A DNA stretch of 53,314 nt, the filler included, from Limisphaerales bacterium (lineage in GTDB: Bacteria > Verrucomicrobiota > Verrucomicrobiia > Limisphaerales > SIBE01): assembly GCA_044225505.1 (NCBI GenBank). It is 2 parts of 2 records of this genome, joined end to end, with 100 filler letters (N's around TTAATTAATTAA, not from the genome) between each part and the next. Parts side by side here need not be neighbours in the genome. Positions count along the whole stretch, not along the records: positions 1 to 26,753 come from JBGAIN010000118.1; 1 more part is not named here. One strand, written 5' to 3'. Numbering within the stretch: the first letter of the stretch is position 1; each line of letters begins with the position of its first letter. Made by a program: the position numbers and the translations under genes. A model generated the notes under the pieces. The model saw nothing but the letters and a program-made list of their open reading frames with translations, was not told the origin of the DNA and did no database searches. Positions 1 through 8,805 of this stretch are shown here, in pieces.

Positions 1-75
1 AAAACCTATCTCTTTTCACCGCAATCAATAGTCGACAGAAGAGTTGGGCGTTGGGATGGTGGGGACGGTGGAGGA

Positions 76-217
76 ATGGCCAAGGCATTGCGCGTGGACA
101 TGGCAGGAGCGTGGTATCACGTCATGAATCGGGGGCATCGAGGAGAAGCGTTGTGTTTGGAGCGACGCCAACCGGCAGCGATTTATGGGCGTGGTGGCGG
201 AGTTGCCGGAGCGCTGA
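76..217 (+). pseudogene. 5' remnant of a Y1/HUH (RAYT / IS200-like) tyrosine transposase
   Basis: ATG at 76 after GGAGGA reads MAKALRVDMAGAWYHVMNRGHRGEAL. After a 1-nt shift near 155 it reads WSDANRQRFMGVVAELPER* (TGA 215-217). This resembles the RAYT N-terminus (MARxLR...GxxYHVxxRG...DRxxFL). The HUH core is absent. Confidence 0.7.
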
Positions 218-236
218 TCAGGTCGTGCGGGTGAAC

Positions 237-306
237 CCGCCTTCGCTCGAGAACGAGCTTCGGCGTGGCAGTCTTCGATCTTCGCTGGCGCGACGAACGA
301 AGACTG
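237..306. repeat. Structured tRNA-trailer repeat (multi-hairpin, possibly Acido-Lenti-1-like)
   Basis: CCGCCTTC-GCTCG-agaa-CGAGC-TTCGGCG hairpin, plus a 9-bp inverted repeat CAGTCTTCG (269-277) / CGAAGACTG (298-306) overlapping the tRNA CCA end. Confidence 0.55.
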
Positions 307-381
307 GCGGGAGCGGCGGGGCTCGAACCCGTAACCTCTGCCGTGACAGGGCAGCGCTCTAACCAATTGAGCTACGCCCCC
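305..381 (-). tRNA. tRNA-Asp (GTC)
   Basis: Reverse complement GGGGGCGTAGCTCAATTGGTTAGAGCGCTGCCCTGTCACGGCAGAGGTTACGGGTTCGAGCCCCGCCGCTCCCGCCA: full cloverleaf, GTC anticodon, TTCGA T-loop, encoded CCA. Confidence 0.97.
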
Positions 382-396
382 GCACTTGGGACCGCG

Positions 397-425
397 AAAT
401 TATGAGAACCGAGGATTCAAGTCAA
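397..425 (-). promoter_or_regulatory. Putative sigma70 promoter of tRNA-Asp
   Basis: TTGACT (425-420) - 17 nt - TAATTT (402-397) just upstream of the tRNA. Confidence 0.55.
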
Positions 426-445
426 CGGGGAATTCGAAAATTTCG

Positions 446-530
446 CAAAACGATTCGGGCAGCAGACGCCAAGGAGGTGGGGGTGGGGAACCCCGCTGAA
501 GAAACGTACCGCTACCCGAACCAAAACCAC
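446..530 (-). ncRNA. Candidate small RNA: long hairpin with an anti-Shine-Dalgarno loop
   Basis: Own promoter at 535-562. A 14-bp stem (522-509 with 452-465) has three G-U pairs valid only on the minus strand. The loop contains CCCCCACCUCCUU and the stem is followed by GUUUU. Confidence 0.5.
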
Positions 531-534
531 TTAC

Positions 535-562
535 AGTGTAATTGGATTCCGGGCCTTGTCAA
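535..562 (-). promoter_or_regulatory. Putative sigma70 promoter
   Basis: TTGACA (562-557) - 16 nt - TACACT (540-535). Confidence 0.55.
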
Positions 563-1129
563 CCCTCGACGAAAAGTCAGGGACTTGGCAGATCTGCTCG
601 TGGATACGAGGCGCACGCACGAGATCGGCGACGTTCCTAACTGATCCGCAGCCCTGCTATGACAAGGCTCGCGCGCCTGCAAGGAGTGGCTGGACGCACA
701 TCATTCGTCGAAATGATTATCAGGGAATCGGAGGTGGCCCGTTCCCGTGTGCAGCCCAATTATTTACGCGGTTTTCACACATTGTGAATCGCCACCGGCC
801 ACGAGCTGCCTTCAAGGATGCGCTTCTGAATCGACAGCAGCAGGCTTATCCGCGCGAAGAATCTAATTTGAACGATACCAGGCCGAACCGGCGTCGATTC
901 GACGTCGAACTTTCCGATTGTCGAGCAAGCAACGGACGGCCAAAGGCCGATGGAATCTGGTAGAAAACTGTTTGAAACCAGGACACGAGTCGGTGCGGAT
1001 CAGGAGATTGTTGGACGGCAGGGACCGATAGCGAGTGGCGCTCTATCTAGAGTTGCGCAAAACCGAGCTGGCGTGTGAGTTGCTCAGCCTGAGCTGTCAG
1101 CGTTTCTCTTGTCACTATTGCGCAGTCAC

Positions 1130-1639
1130 ATGTCCAGCTCTCCTCAGACTCGCCGGTTCAGCGTCAAGGTTCTGGCCAACATTCTCTTTTGGTCGGTGTG
1201 CAGCGCGGTGCTCTTGCATCGCTTCGTGTTCGCCCTATACATTATCCAGGGGTCGAGCATGGCTCCGACGTTGGCGGACGGGGATACGGCGCTTGTTAAT
1301 ATGGCCGTGCGGGGCATGGCTCGATTTGACCGTGGTGAAATCGTCCTGGTCCGAGATGGTTTTCGGGATTATGCCACCAAAAGGATCGTCGGGCTCCCTG
1401 GAGAACGCGTGGATATCCGCTCCAATCGGGTTTATATCAATGGCTCGCCCTTGCGTGAGACTTATCTGCGTAAGACCACCATCACGCTCAGCGCATGCCC
1501 GACGTTCAAACTGAAAGCCAACGAGTACTTTGTGTTGGGCGATAATCGCATGGACAGCTATGACAGCCGGTTTTACGGGCCGGTGCAAAAGAGCGCCATT
1601 GTCGGTTCGTACTCACGGACCTTCTGGGCGTGCCGCTAG
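1130..1639 (+). CDS. lepB: Signal peptidase I (S26)
   Basis: N-terminal TM, catalytic Ser box GSSMAPTL, Lys box TKRIVGLPGE and GDNRMDSYDSR box. Start placed at ATG 1130. Confidence 0.92.
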   Translation: MSSSPQTRRFSVKVLANILFWSVCSAVLLHRFVFALYIIQGSSMAPTLADGDTALVNMAVRGMARFDRGEIVLVRDGFRDYATKRIVGLPGERVDIRSNRVYINGSPLRETYLRKTTITLSACPTFKLKANEYFVLGDNRMDSYDSRFYGPVQKSAIVGSYSRTFWACR

Positions 1640-1642
1640 GCT

Positions 1643-2068
1643 TTAGCGAGGGGCGACGCTTTTTTTGGGGAGGAGGGGACAGCTGGAGCTCACCACTTCG
1701 TGGCCGCGCAGCAGAAAATAATACTCGTGCTCGATCACGTCGGTGCCGCCTTGGGCATTAGGCCGGTGCTCGCGTATTTTCGCCCAGACGAGCCAGCCTT
1801 CCTGGAAATCGCGCGTTCCGGCGACCGGTTCTGTGACTGAACTGACCGTTCGGGTGGCGGAGGTTGCTCCGGGCGAGGGATTGATCCACTGCTGAATGAT
1901 CTCTTCGCTGTCGTCGGGGAACGGACCGTAGCGATGGAGATCGACTGATCTTGTCGTGGCGCAAGCCACGAGCGCGCTGGCCAGCGCCGAGAGCCAGAGC
2001 ACATTCAACCAGCCACGGATGTGAGCGCTGGCCGTCGCTAAATGAAATCGGGGCAGAAAGCGATCCAT
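1643..2068 (-). CDS. Hypothetical lipoprotein
   Basis: Hydrophobic stretch ending in lipobox LVAC. Exact start uncertain. Confidence 0.55.
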   Translation of the reverse strand: MDRFLPRFHLATASAHIRGWLNVLWLSALASALVACATTRSVDLHRYGPFPDDSEEIIQQWINPSPGATSATRTVSSVTEPVAGTRDFQEGWLVWAKIREHRPNAQGGTDVIEHEYYFLLRGHEVVSSSCPLLPKKSVAPR

Positions 2069-2096
2069 GACGTGTCAAGGAGTGGCCTCAGTTCGG

Positions 2097-3149
2097 TTAA
2101 GGCGTGACGGACGAGGCACGCATCGAAGCAACCAGGTCAGCTTCCAGGATCGTTCGAGCAAGTGGCCAGATTGAAGAACCCGAGACGAAATACGCGCTCA
2201 GAGCTGCGGCGAACCGGCTGTAGTGTTCCTGCGCTGGGGGGGGTGCCCGAAAGAGTTGGGCGGAGAGGATGGATCCGTTCGACAAACGAACCGCGAAGTT
2301 GATGTCGGTCATTGCGCCGGTCAGAACGAGCAGGAGGCTGCGCAATCCATCGCGATGCTGGAGACTCCAAGCCCTGGCTTGCGGCGCGAGCTTGGGCAAC
2401 AAGCCGAGCCCGACGAGATCCTCGGTGCGGCCGTCAAGGACAGGGTTGCCTTGCGGGGTGTGCGTCCGGGAGGCGGCAGCCTGGAGTAAAGGCCAGAACC
2501 ACGGCTCGGGCGGGGTGAGCGTCCAAAGGTCCGTGGCCTGCAACCGTTGCACGTGCACGATTCCGGCTTCACCTTTGCGGCGCTTTTCGAGGATCGGGAG
2601 CAACCCTTCCAACGCGTCGACTTCAGCGCTTGGGAACGGGCCTTGAACGATGATGAGAGCGTCCTTTAAGCGGGGTTGCTTGGGAAGTTCGAGCTCCGGC
2701 AAACGAAACGTGGTAGGCAACACCGTTCCCGCCGCGAGCCGCAAGGACCGCGATTTGCTGATCTCCACCAACTCCGAAGCGGTAGCTCCTGTTTCCGCCA
2801 AGAGCCCGTAGACGAACACACGCGTTCCCGGCGCGGCCGTGAGGAGAGTTCGGCGGATCAGCGCTGGGTCGGGAGCGACGTTGGCAGGAGTGCCGGCCAG
2901 CACCAGGGCATCCGCTCCTTCCATGGCTTTCTCGGGGGTATCGGCGATTTCCAAAGCGAAATCCTGACGGCGCTTTTCGAGTCGGGGTTTCGCGGTCGAA
3001 TCGCTGCACCAGGCGGAGACTCGGACTTGCGGGCGGACGAACGCCCCGCCATCCGCATAGCCAATGAGAAAGCGATCGAGCACTTGCTGCGCGGGGGACA
3101 GGAGGCTGAAGTGTTCGGTGAGAAATGCAACGCGTCGGAACTCTGGCAT
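2097..3149 (-). CDS. Gfo/Idh/MocA-like hypothetical protein, degenerate paralog of the upstream gene
   Basis: Collinear motifs with the upstream ORF (SPAQQVLDRFLIGY vs SHAQHFIDRYVEGY; AGTVLPTTFRLP vs AGSSLPVTWRIP; HRDGLR vs HRDGFK; WPLARTIL vs YPVERTLL). Confidence 0.75.
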   Translation of the reverse strand: MPEFRRVAFLTEHFSLLSPAQQVLDRFLIGYADGGAFVRPQVRVSAWCSDSTAKPRLEKRRQDFALEIADTPEKAMEGADALVLAGTPANVAPDPALIRRTLLTAAPGTRVFVYGLLAETGATASELVEISKSRSLRLAAGTVLPTTFRLPELELPKQPRLKDALIIVQGPFPSAEVDALEGLLPILEKRRKGEAGIVHVQRLQATDLWTLTPPEPWFWPLLQAAASRTHTPQGNPVLDGRTEDLVGLGLLPKLAPQARAWSLQHRDGLRSLLLVLTGAMTDINFAVRLSNGSILSAQLFRAPPPAQEHYSRFAAALSAYFVSGSSIWPLARTILEADLVASMRASSVTP

Positions 3150-3150
3150 A

Positions 3151-4461
3151 TTAGCTTCTCCAGAAAGTGGATTCTTTAGGTGCGGTGTAGATCACGGACA
3201 TTTCCGGCGTGCTCAGCGGCACTTGACCGCGGGCGAGGGATTCGACCGCGAACAGGGTCATCCCCGAGGTTAACAAAGTCCGCTCGACAGGATATTGCGG
3301 GCGGTTCTGCAGGATCATCTCTTCGACATGATGCACGAGCGGATTGAAAAAATCGGCGGTGGTGCTGACCGTGCCTGGCATTGGTAAAAACATCTGGCAG
3401 GACTGGACCTGCCCGGTGTCCGAGCGTTTGCCAGCGTAGGTAAAATCCGAGACCAGGCCGTTCATGAGGAACATGCGAGTCTTGAACCCGTCCCGATGTT
3501 GATAGAAATAACCGATCGGCTCGGCACACCGTTGACGCATCCAGTCCAGGGCCGGAACGCTCACTGGATACTCCGGCGAGGCGGCCCCCACGGTAAAACT
3601 ACGCGTCAGCGCCGCTAGAAAGAGCTCGTGAGTGGTCGCTTCTTTTTACAGACGGTCCCAAACAGCGGCGCCACGCAGGGCCTGGACTGACTCAATTCCC
3701 ACTTCGCCGCCCAACCGGCGCTCGGACATGCACTGCGCCGTTTCCAATCCGTGAAAATCATAGGAATCAACGCCGCCGTACCCGACACAAACGCTTTCGG
3801 CGAGAGGAATGTTCAAGGGAAAGTCCATTTGGGGGATCCGCCAGGTGACGGGGAGCGATGATCCAGCCATGAATGGGAATTGCATCCGTCGGGCGGTCTG
3901 CACCATCGCGACGCATTCTTGCCAGGCCGTCGAGAGGTGCTTGTCATTGAATACTGGCACAGCTCGGCCGGTGGCCAGGAACGTTTTCACTGTCTCGTTG
4001 AAGAAACGATAACGCGGGTAAAGCGTCTGGCCTTTCTCGTTGCGCGGGTATTTGCCGTGCTCGCCAATGATCAGGACGCCGTCGACCGCGAGTTGGGCGG
4101 TGCCACAGGTGAGCGCTTCCATGATCGTGGGATAAATCCGCGTCTGGTGCCTGCGTTCGCGGTCGCGGCTAAGGTCGCCTTCGGGAAACTGATCCACATA
4201 CAAGGAGACAAGGTCGACTCTGGGATGGTAGTGCCGTCCTTCCCAGCCATAGCCTTCCACATAACGGTCGATGAAATGCTGCGCATGGGAATGCTTCCGC
4301 ACCTCCGTGGCCAGAATCGCAATACGTTTACGAGCTGCTTGACGGCGCGACTTCAATCCCTGCGCGTGCAACGTCTTTGGCCCGTAGAGCGCGGCCCAAG
4401 CCGCGGCTTGAGTCGTCGCACCGATAAACTTACGTCGGGAAAGGATGGGTGACGATTTCAT
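3151..4461 (-). pseudogene. Tat-exported Gfo/Idh/MocA-like protein interrupted by one in-frame TAA (3646-3648)
   Basis: Start MKSSPILSRRKFIG (twin-Arg) overlaps the upstream stop (ATGA). ORF pieces 3646-4461 and 3151-3591 share a frame and read through as WDRL*KEATTHELFLAALTRS. The stop may be a base-call error. Confidence 0.75.
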
Positions 4462-5711
4462 GGTGGAGATGAGACGGGAGTATTCCAGAACTTCCAAAGG
4501 ACGCCCAGAGCGACCAGAGGCAGCAGCCCAGCGATGACGAAGCCGGCGTCGAATGAGTGCGTCGTATCGATCAAGCGGCCAAAAAACTTTTGCGCGGGCG
4601 GGGAGAATCCCCAAGCGGCGACGCCGGCGATGCCGGTGACTTTGCCTTGATGGTCGGGCGAGATGTCCTGGGTGAACGAATGATAGATGGGAAACACGCC
4701 CAGGGCGCCGGCACCGACCACGAGCAGCAGGCCAAGCAGGGGCCACCCGCGGGGTAACGCCGGGATGAAGAGTGCGCAGGCGCTCATCAAGGCACACACA
4801 GCGAAAGCGGTGAAACGGCTGCGGTCGGCGCTCTGGCCGCGGCGCGAGAGCCAAAGGGAAAGGGCGCCTGCGCCGATCACTCCGACATCCGTGGCGATGT
4901 AGAACACGGAATTGAAGTAGAGCGTCTCCGCTTCCGGAAAACCGCGGCCTTCCTGCAAGAATTTGGGGAGCCAGGCACGCACGGTTTGCCAGCCGGTATT
5001 GATCAGGGCGACCACCGCCAGGATGACCCACATCCGCCGGGTCAGGAGGATTTGCCAAATCCCGAGGCGGGCTCCTGGAGAGGGCGTGGCGGGCGCGGGA
5101 GCCAGATTGCGCACCGAGCCAATGTCGCCCGGGCGGACGAGGAGAAACCAGGCTGCGATCCAAGCCAAGCCCATGGCACCGACGACGAGAAAGGGCCGCC
5201 GCCAACTGCTGGGCTCCTCGGTAAGCATGGCTCGCATGATCAACGGGGTGAGGACCGCGCCGATGGAAGTGCCACTTTGCAGGAGGCTATTGCCCATGGG
5301 CCGGTCTGACACGGCGAGCAGGTGCTGGGTCGTTTTCACGGCACATGGCCAATGGCCCGCTTCGAAGAAGCCCAGCAAGGTTCGGCAGATGAGCAATTGG
5401 CTATAATCCGTGACAAGACCCGTGACGAAACCCGTGATCGACCAGAAAGCCAGGGCGATCGGATAAACCCAACGGACCGGAAGCCGGTCTGCGAGGATTC
5501 CAAACAGGATCGAGCCGACGGCGAAAGCCCAGCCAAATCCAAACTCCAAATTGCCGTATTGTTCTTGCGTCAGGGCGAACTGCTTGGAGATGCGCGTGGC
5601 GGCGTTGGCCAGCGTTTGGCGATCCATGTAATTGATCGCCGACGCGCAGAGCAGAAGCCCGCAGACCGACCATTTCCAGGCTTGTGAGCGACCTGACGAA
5701 CGGGTTTTCAT
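4458..5711 (-). CDS. MFS transporter (ACS / hexuronate-like family)
   Basis: INYMDRQTL, GILADRLPVR and LLGFFEAG motifs; about 12 TM. Confidence 0.88.
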   Translation of the reverse strand: MKTRSSGRSQAWKWSVCGLLLCASAINYMDRQTLANAATRISKQFALTQEQYGNLEFGFGWAFAVGSILFGILADRLPVRWVYPIALAFWSITGFVTGLVTDYSQLLICRTLLGFFEAGHWPCAVKTTQHLLAVSDRPMGNSLLQSGTSIGAVLTPLIMRAMLTEEPSSWRRPFLVVGAMGLAWIAAWFLLVRPGDIGSVRNLAPAPATPSPGARLGIWQILLTRRMWVILAVVALINTGWQTVRAWLPKFLQEGRGFPEAETLYFNSVFYIATDVGVIGAGALSLWLSRRGQSADRSRFTAFAVCALMSACALFIPALPRGWPLLGLLLVVGAGALGVFPIYHSFTQDISPDHQGKVTGIAGVAAWGFSPPAQKFFGRLIDTTHSFDAGFVIAGLLPLVALGVLWKFWNTPVSSPP

Positions 5712-6466
5712 CCATTCCAGGAGTGTCCATCCCAGTGAAGGACTCGTTCCAAAAGGTGGATGACGTCCTGACTAAAGGTGGAAAAGAGAATCTCGCCCTT
5801 TTCTGGAGTGGCCAATCCCGGCGAGCCAATGTGTCCAGGCCCGCTCCGGTCTTTGGTGGTCCAGGCGCGAGCGGCTGGGGCAAATCCATCCCCAAACTCG
5901 ACGGTCGGAAGAGAGGTCAGATCTCCCACCAGATGTGGCGCCAGGCGCAAAATCATGGAAGTTTCCCATTCGCAGGCGTGACCCATTTCGCGCTGGTGCA
6001 AGGTGGAGGCTTTTTCCCAAGGTTTACCGCCAAGCGACCAATAGGTTGCGAACAAGAGAAGTAAATCGTGCCGTGCGCGATATCGTTGCCTGATCTCAAA
6101 GATTGCCTGGCGCCCGGGGATGTCGTTCCCGCCGTGGCCATTGAGGAATACCAACCGCTTGAATCCGTGACCGATAAAGTTTTCCAGCAAGCCGCCGAGC
6201 AGGTCGAGATAAGTTCGAGGCGCGGCGGAAAGAGTTCCCGGAAAATCGAGGTGATGATCCGAATTCCCGAGCCAGGTCAGAGGAGCCCAGAGCACGCGGT
6301 CGCCCAGCGCCAGGGCGGCGCGGCGAGCGATTTCCCCGAGGAGGAAGCTATCGGTGAAAAGAGGAAGATGGCCGCCGTGCTGTTCCAGGGCCGCCACTGG
6401 AATGATAACCGGCGTCTCTTTGGGCAGGGCGTGGACCGCGGGCCAGGTCAAATCAGAGAGTTGCAT
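5708..6466 (-). CDS. Creatininase / amidohydrolase family protein
   Basis: EQHGGHLP...TD, NGHGGN and GHACEWETS metal-binding motifs. Confidence 0.92.
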   Translation of the reverse strand: MQLSDLTWPAVHALPKETPVIIPVAALEQHGGHLPLFTDSFLLGEIARRAALALGDRVLWAPLTWLGNSDHHLDFPGTLSAAPRTYLDLLGGLLENFIGHGFKRLVFLNGHGGNDIPGRQAIFEIRQRYRARHDLLLLFATYWSLGGKPWEKASTLHQREMGHACEWETSMILRLAPHLVGDLTSLPTVEFGDGFAPAARAWTTKDRSGPGHIGSPGLATPEKGEILFSTFSQDVIHLLERVLHWDGHSWNG

Positions 6467-6478
6467 AACGTCAGGGCT

Positions 6479-8089
6479 CTAACGAAACAACCCCCAGAGC
6501 AGGGACACCAGCAAAAACAGACTGAGCATCCAGAACCCAGCCACCCGAAGATCCCGGTCGGTTTCGCCCTCTCCACGCTTCCAGGCAACGCGGAACGTGC
6601 CTTGGAGCACCTCGGGGCGCGGGGCGGGCGTCAGATAACTGACCGCGAGCATGGCAATAAACGTCCCGACCGCGCAGAGAAATGAGCGATGGAGGAAAGA
6701 GGCGAGGTAAGGATGGCGAAGCAACGGGACCAACCCGCCCGAGACGTGGCTATCCGCCAGCAGGAGGGCGCTCAGGGTGATGCCTGCGAGCACCGCGGCC
6801 ATGGCGCCCGCGCGGTTGACACGCCGCAAGAAAACGCCGCTCAGACCGACGACAGCAAAGGGGACGGAGAGGTAGGCGCTCATCTCCTGGAGGTAATCCC
6901 AGAGGTGCTTGTATTTTCCAATCAACGGGGTCACTAAAATCCCACCGACCATGACAAGAACGAGCGCCAGGTGGCCAACCGCGATTTGCGCGGAGGTGGA
7001 ACTGGCCGGCGCAAAGCGCGCCACGAGATCGCGGGCGACCAGGGTAGAGGCAGAATTGAACATGGAACTGATCGACGACATGAGGGCGGCAAGCAACGCG
7101 GCCAGGACGATCCCGCGGAGTCCCGCAGGCAGCAGGGTTTGCACCAGGACGCTGTAAGTCCGGTTGTAGTCAGGTTGCCCATTGCGATCGCGGATATCCA
7201 GATCGAGCGCGGCGGCAATGACGCCAGGCAAAACGAGGATGAACACAGGAATGATCTTGAGGAACCCGGCAAAGACGGCGCCCAACCTGGCTTCACGAAC
7301 GTTTTTTGCCCCAAGGACCCGTTGGACGTTCACCTGGTCCATGCACCAGTAAAACATTCCACCCACCAGGAAGTTTCCCAGGAGAAAGCCGGAAAAGGGG
7401 AGATCGGACCCGGGGCCTTTGACCATCGAAAGCAGGTCCAGTTTGCCGGCAGTTTCCAGGTGGCTGGTAAGACCGGACCATCCGCCGACCTTCGCCAATC
7501 CAAAACCCGTGAGGACGAAAGCTCCGCCGATCAGAATTACAGCCTGCAAGGCATCGGTGTAAACGACGGCGGCCAAGCCTCCCGCCATGGTGTAGAGAGC
7601 TGTGACGATGCCGATGGTCCACATGATCGTCTGGAAATCCCACCCCGTGAGGTCGGCCAGGACTCGCGTTCCGGAATAGAGCGCCACGGAAGTCTTGGTC
7701 AAGACGATCATGGCCAAGAAATAGAAGGTCAGGAGCACCCGTGCTTCCAAGCCGAAGCGCCGTTCGAAAAACTCGGGAATCGTGAAGACCTTGTGCTTGA
7801 GATATTGGGGGGCGAACACCCCTGCCAGCATGAGCAGGCAGTAGCTGGCGATCCATTCGTAGCCGCCTTGCACGAGACCTTCCCGGTTCCCTCCCGCGGC
7901 CAGTCCAACGAAATGCTCCGTGGAGATGTTGGTGGCGAACAGGGAGAGACCGATCACTGGCCAAGTGAGGCTTCGGCCCGCCAGGAAGAAATCTTCGGAG
8001 CCCTGCCAGCGACGGGAAAAGTAAAGGCCGAGACTCACCGTTAGAATAAAGTACGCAACGATGATGAAGTAATCGGCTGGGCTGAGCAT
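6479..8089 (-). CDS. Sodium:solute symporter (SSS family)
   Basis: DFFLAGR, SLFATNISTEHFVGLA, GGLAAVVYTD, YWCMDQVNVQR. Start placed at MLSPADYF (8089). Confidence 0.93.
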   Translation of the reverse strand: MLSPADYFIIVAYFILTVSLGLYFSRRWQGSEDFFLAGRSLTWPVIGLSLFATNISTEHFVGLAAGGNREGLVQGGYEWIASYCLLMLAGVFAPQYLKHKVFTIPEFFERRFGLEARVLLTFYFLAMIVLTKTSVALYSGTRVLADLTGWDFQTIMWTIGIVTALYTMAGGLAAVVYTDALQAVILIGGAFVLTGFGLAKVGGWSGLTSHLETAGKLDLLSMVKGPGSDLPFSGFLLGNFLVGGMFYWCMDQVNVQRVLGAKNVREARLGAVFAGFLKIIPVFILVLPGVIAAALDLDIRDRNGQPDYNRTYSVLVQTLLPAGLRGIVLAALLAALMSSISSMFNSASTLVARDLVARFAPASSTSAQIAVGHLALVLVMVGGILVTPLIGKYKHLWDYLQEMSAYLSVPFAVVGLSGVFLRRVNRAGAMAAVLAGITLSALLLADSHVSGGLVPLLRHPYLASFLHRSFLCAVGTFIAMLAVSYLTPAPRPEVLQGTFRVAWKRGEGETDRDLRVAGFWMLSLFLLVSLLWGLFR

Positions 8090-8348
8090 GAACTGTGACG
8101 TTAGGGATGCCGGCCTTCGCTGTCGAACTAATCTAGCGATGAATACGGGACTTGGACACCAGTGCGGCGCGTTGCGAAGCGTGGCCATATCCGTATGGAA
8201 ATGAAACACGGAATAGAAAAAGCACGACGAGGGCTGCCCGCAGCTGCCTCGCCTTGGCCAAGGACTCTTGATTGGGTGCTGCGCACCGGTCCGTGTCGCG
8301 TCGGTTCCGGACGAAGGCCTCTGCAGTGCATGATCTCGGGGGGATTTC

Positions 8349-8398
8349 CGCCGGCCTGGGAGGTCGTGAAAAAGTTTTCACTCCCGGCTGGCGTTTTT
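8349..8398 (+). terminator. Terminator-like hairpin containing a GTGAAAA-AG-TTTTCAC palindrome
   Basis: Imperfect inverted repeat CGCCGGCC-TGGGAG..GTGAAAA / TTTTCAC-TCCC-GGCTGGCG followed by TTTTT. Confidence 0.4.
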
Positions 8399-8451
8399 CC
8401 TATGAGCCTCTAGGCTCTGCGGCGCATTGCCTAGGTTGGCGTGTTGAGAGG

Positions 8452-8802
8452 ATGAGACCATCGTTCAAGTCGCTGTATTGCGCGTCCCGCGGTTGTGCTA
8501 CGGAGCAGTTTGATCGAGAGATCTTTCGACGATGCTTGCATCCTCATGCTCGTTTGATCGCGTTTATTCTCAAACGAATGGATCCTTTGTTCTTCCGCGA
8601 GGACACAGACTTTATCAGGGACGTCGGGACAGCGACCAGCCGCGGCGAAGTCATTTGCGAACTCAACCGTTTCTACGGTCGGAACATGAGGGACCGGAAC
8701 TGGCTCAGGCGAGTTTTCTTCCTCCGTCTCTCTGGCAAGCGCGTGCTGCGCATTTATCGGGAATTGGCGCGTGCGGACCGGGACCTGGCGAGCGATGACT
8801 GA
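8452..8802 (+). CDS. Hypothetical basic protein
   Basis: ATG after GAGAGG; 116 aa with plausible protein composition, 3 nt from the next ORF. Confidence 0.6.
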   Translation: MRPSFKSLYCASRGCATEQFDREIFRRCLHPHARLIAFILKRMDPLFFREDTDFIRDVGTATSRGEVICELNRFYGRNMRDRNWLRRVFFLRLSGKRVLRIYRELARADRDLASDD

Positions 8803-8805
8803 CGG

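Noticed and set aside
556..1100. ORF 556-963 and palindrome TTCACA-N3-TGTGAA (775-789)
   Set aside because: The ORF has no recognisable motif or RBS; the palindrome is short enough to arise by chance.
4462..5205. Long N-terminal extension of the 3646-5205 ORF, and the many antisense or overlapping ORFs in the track
   Set aside because: Shadow frames of real genes in GC-rich DNA. The true start is the twin-Arg Met at 4461.
5708..6466. Creatininase homolog as mycofactocin MftE or a RiPP peptidase
   Set aside because: No precursor peptide, radical SAM or RRE gene nearby.
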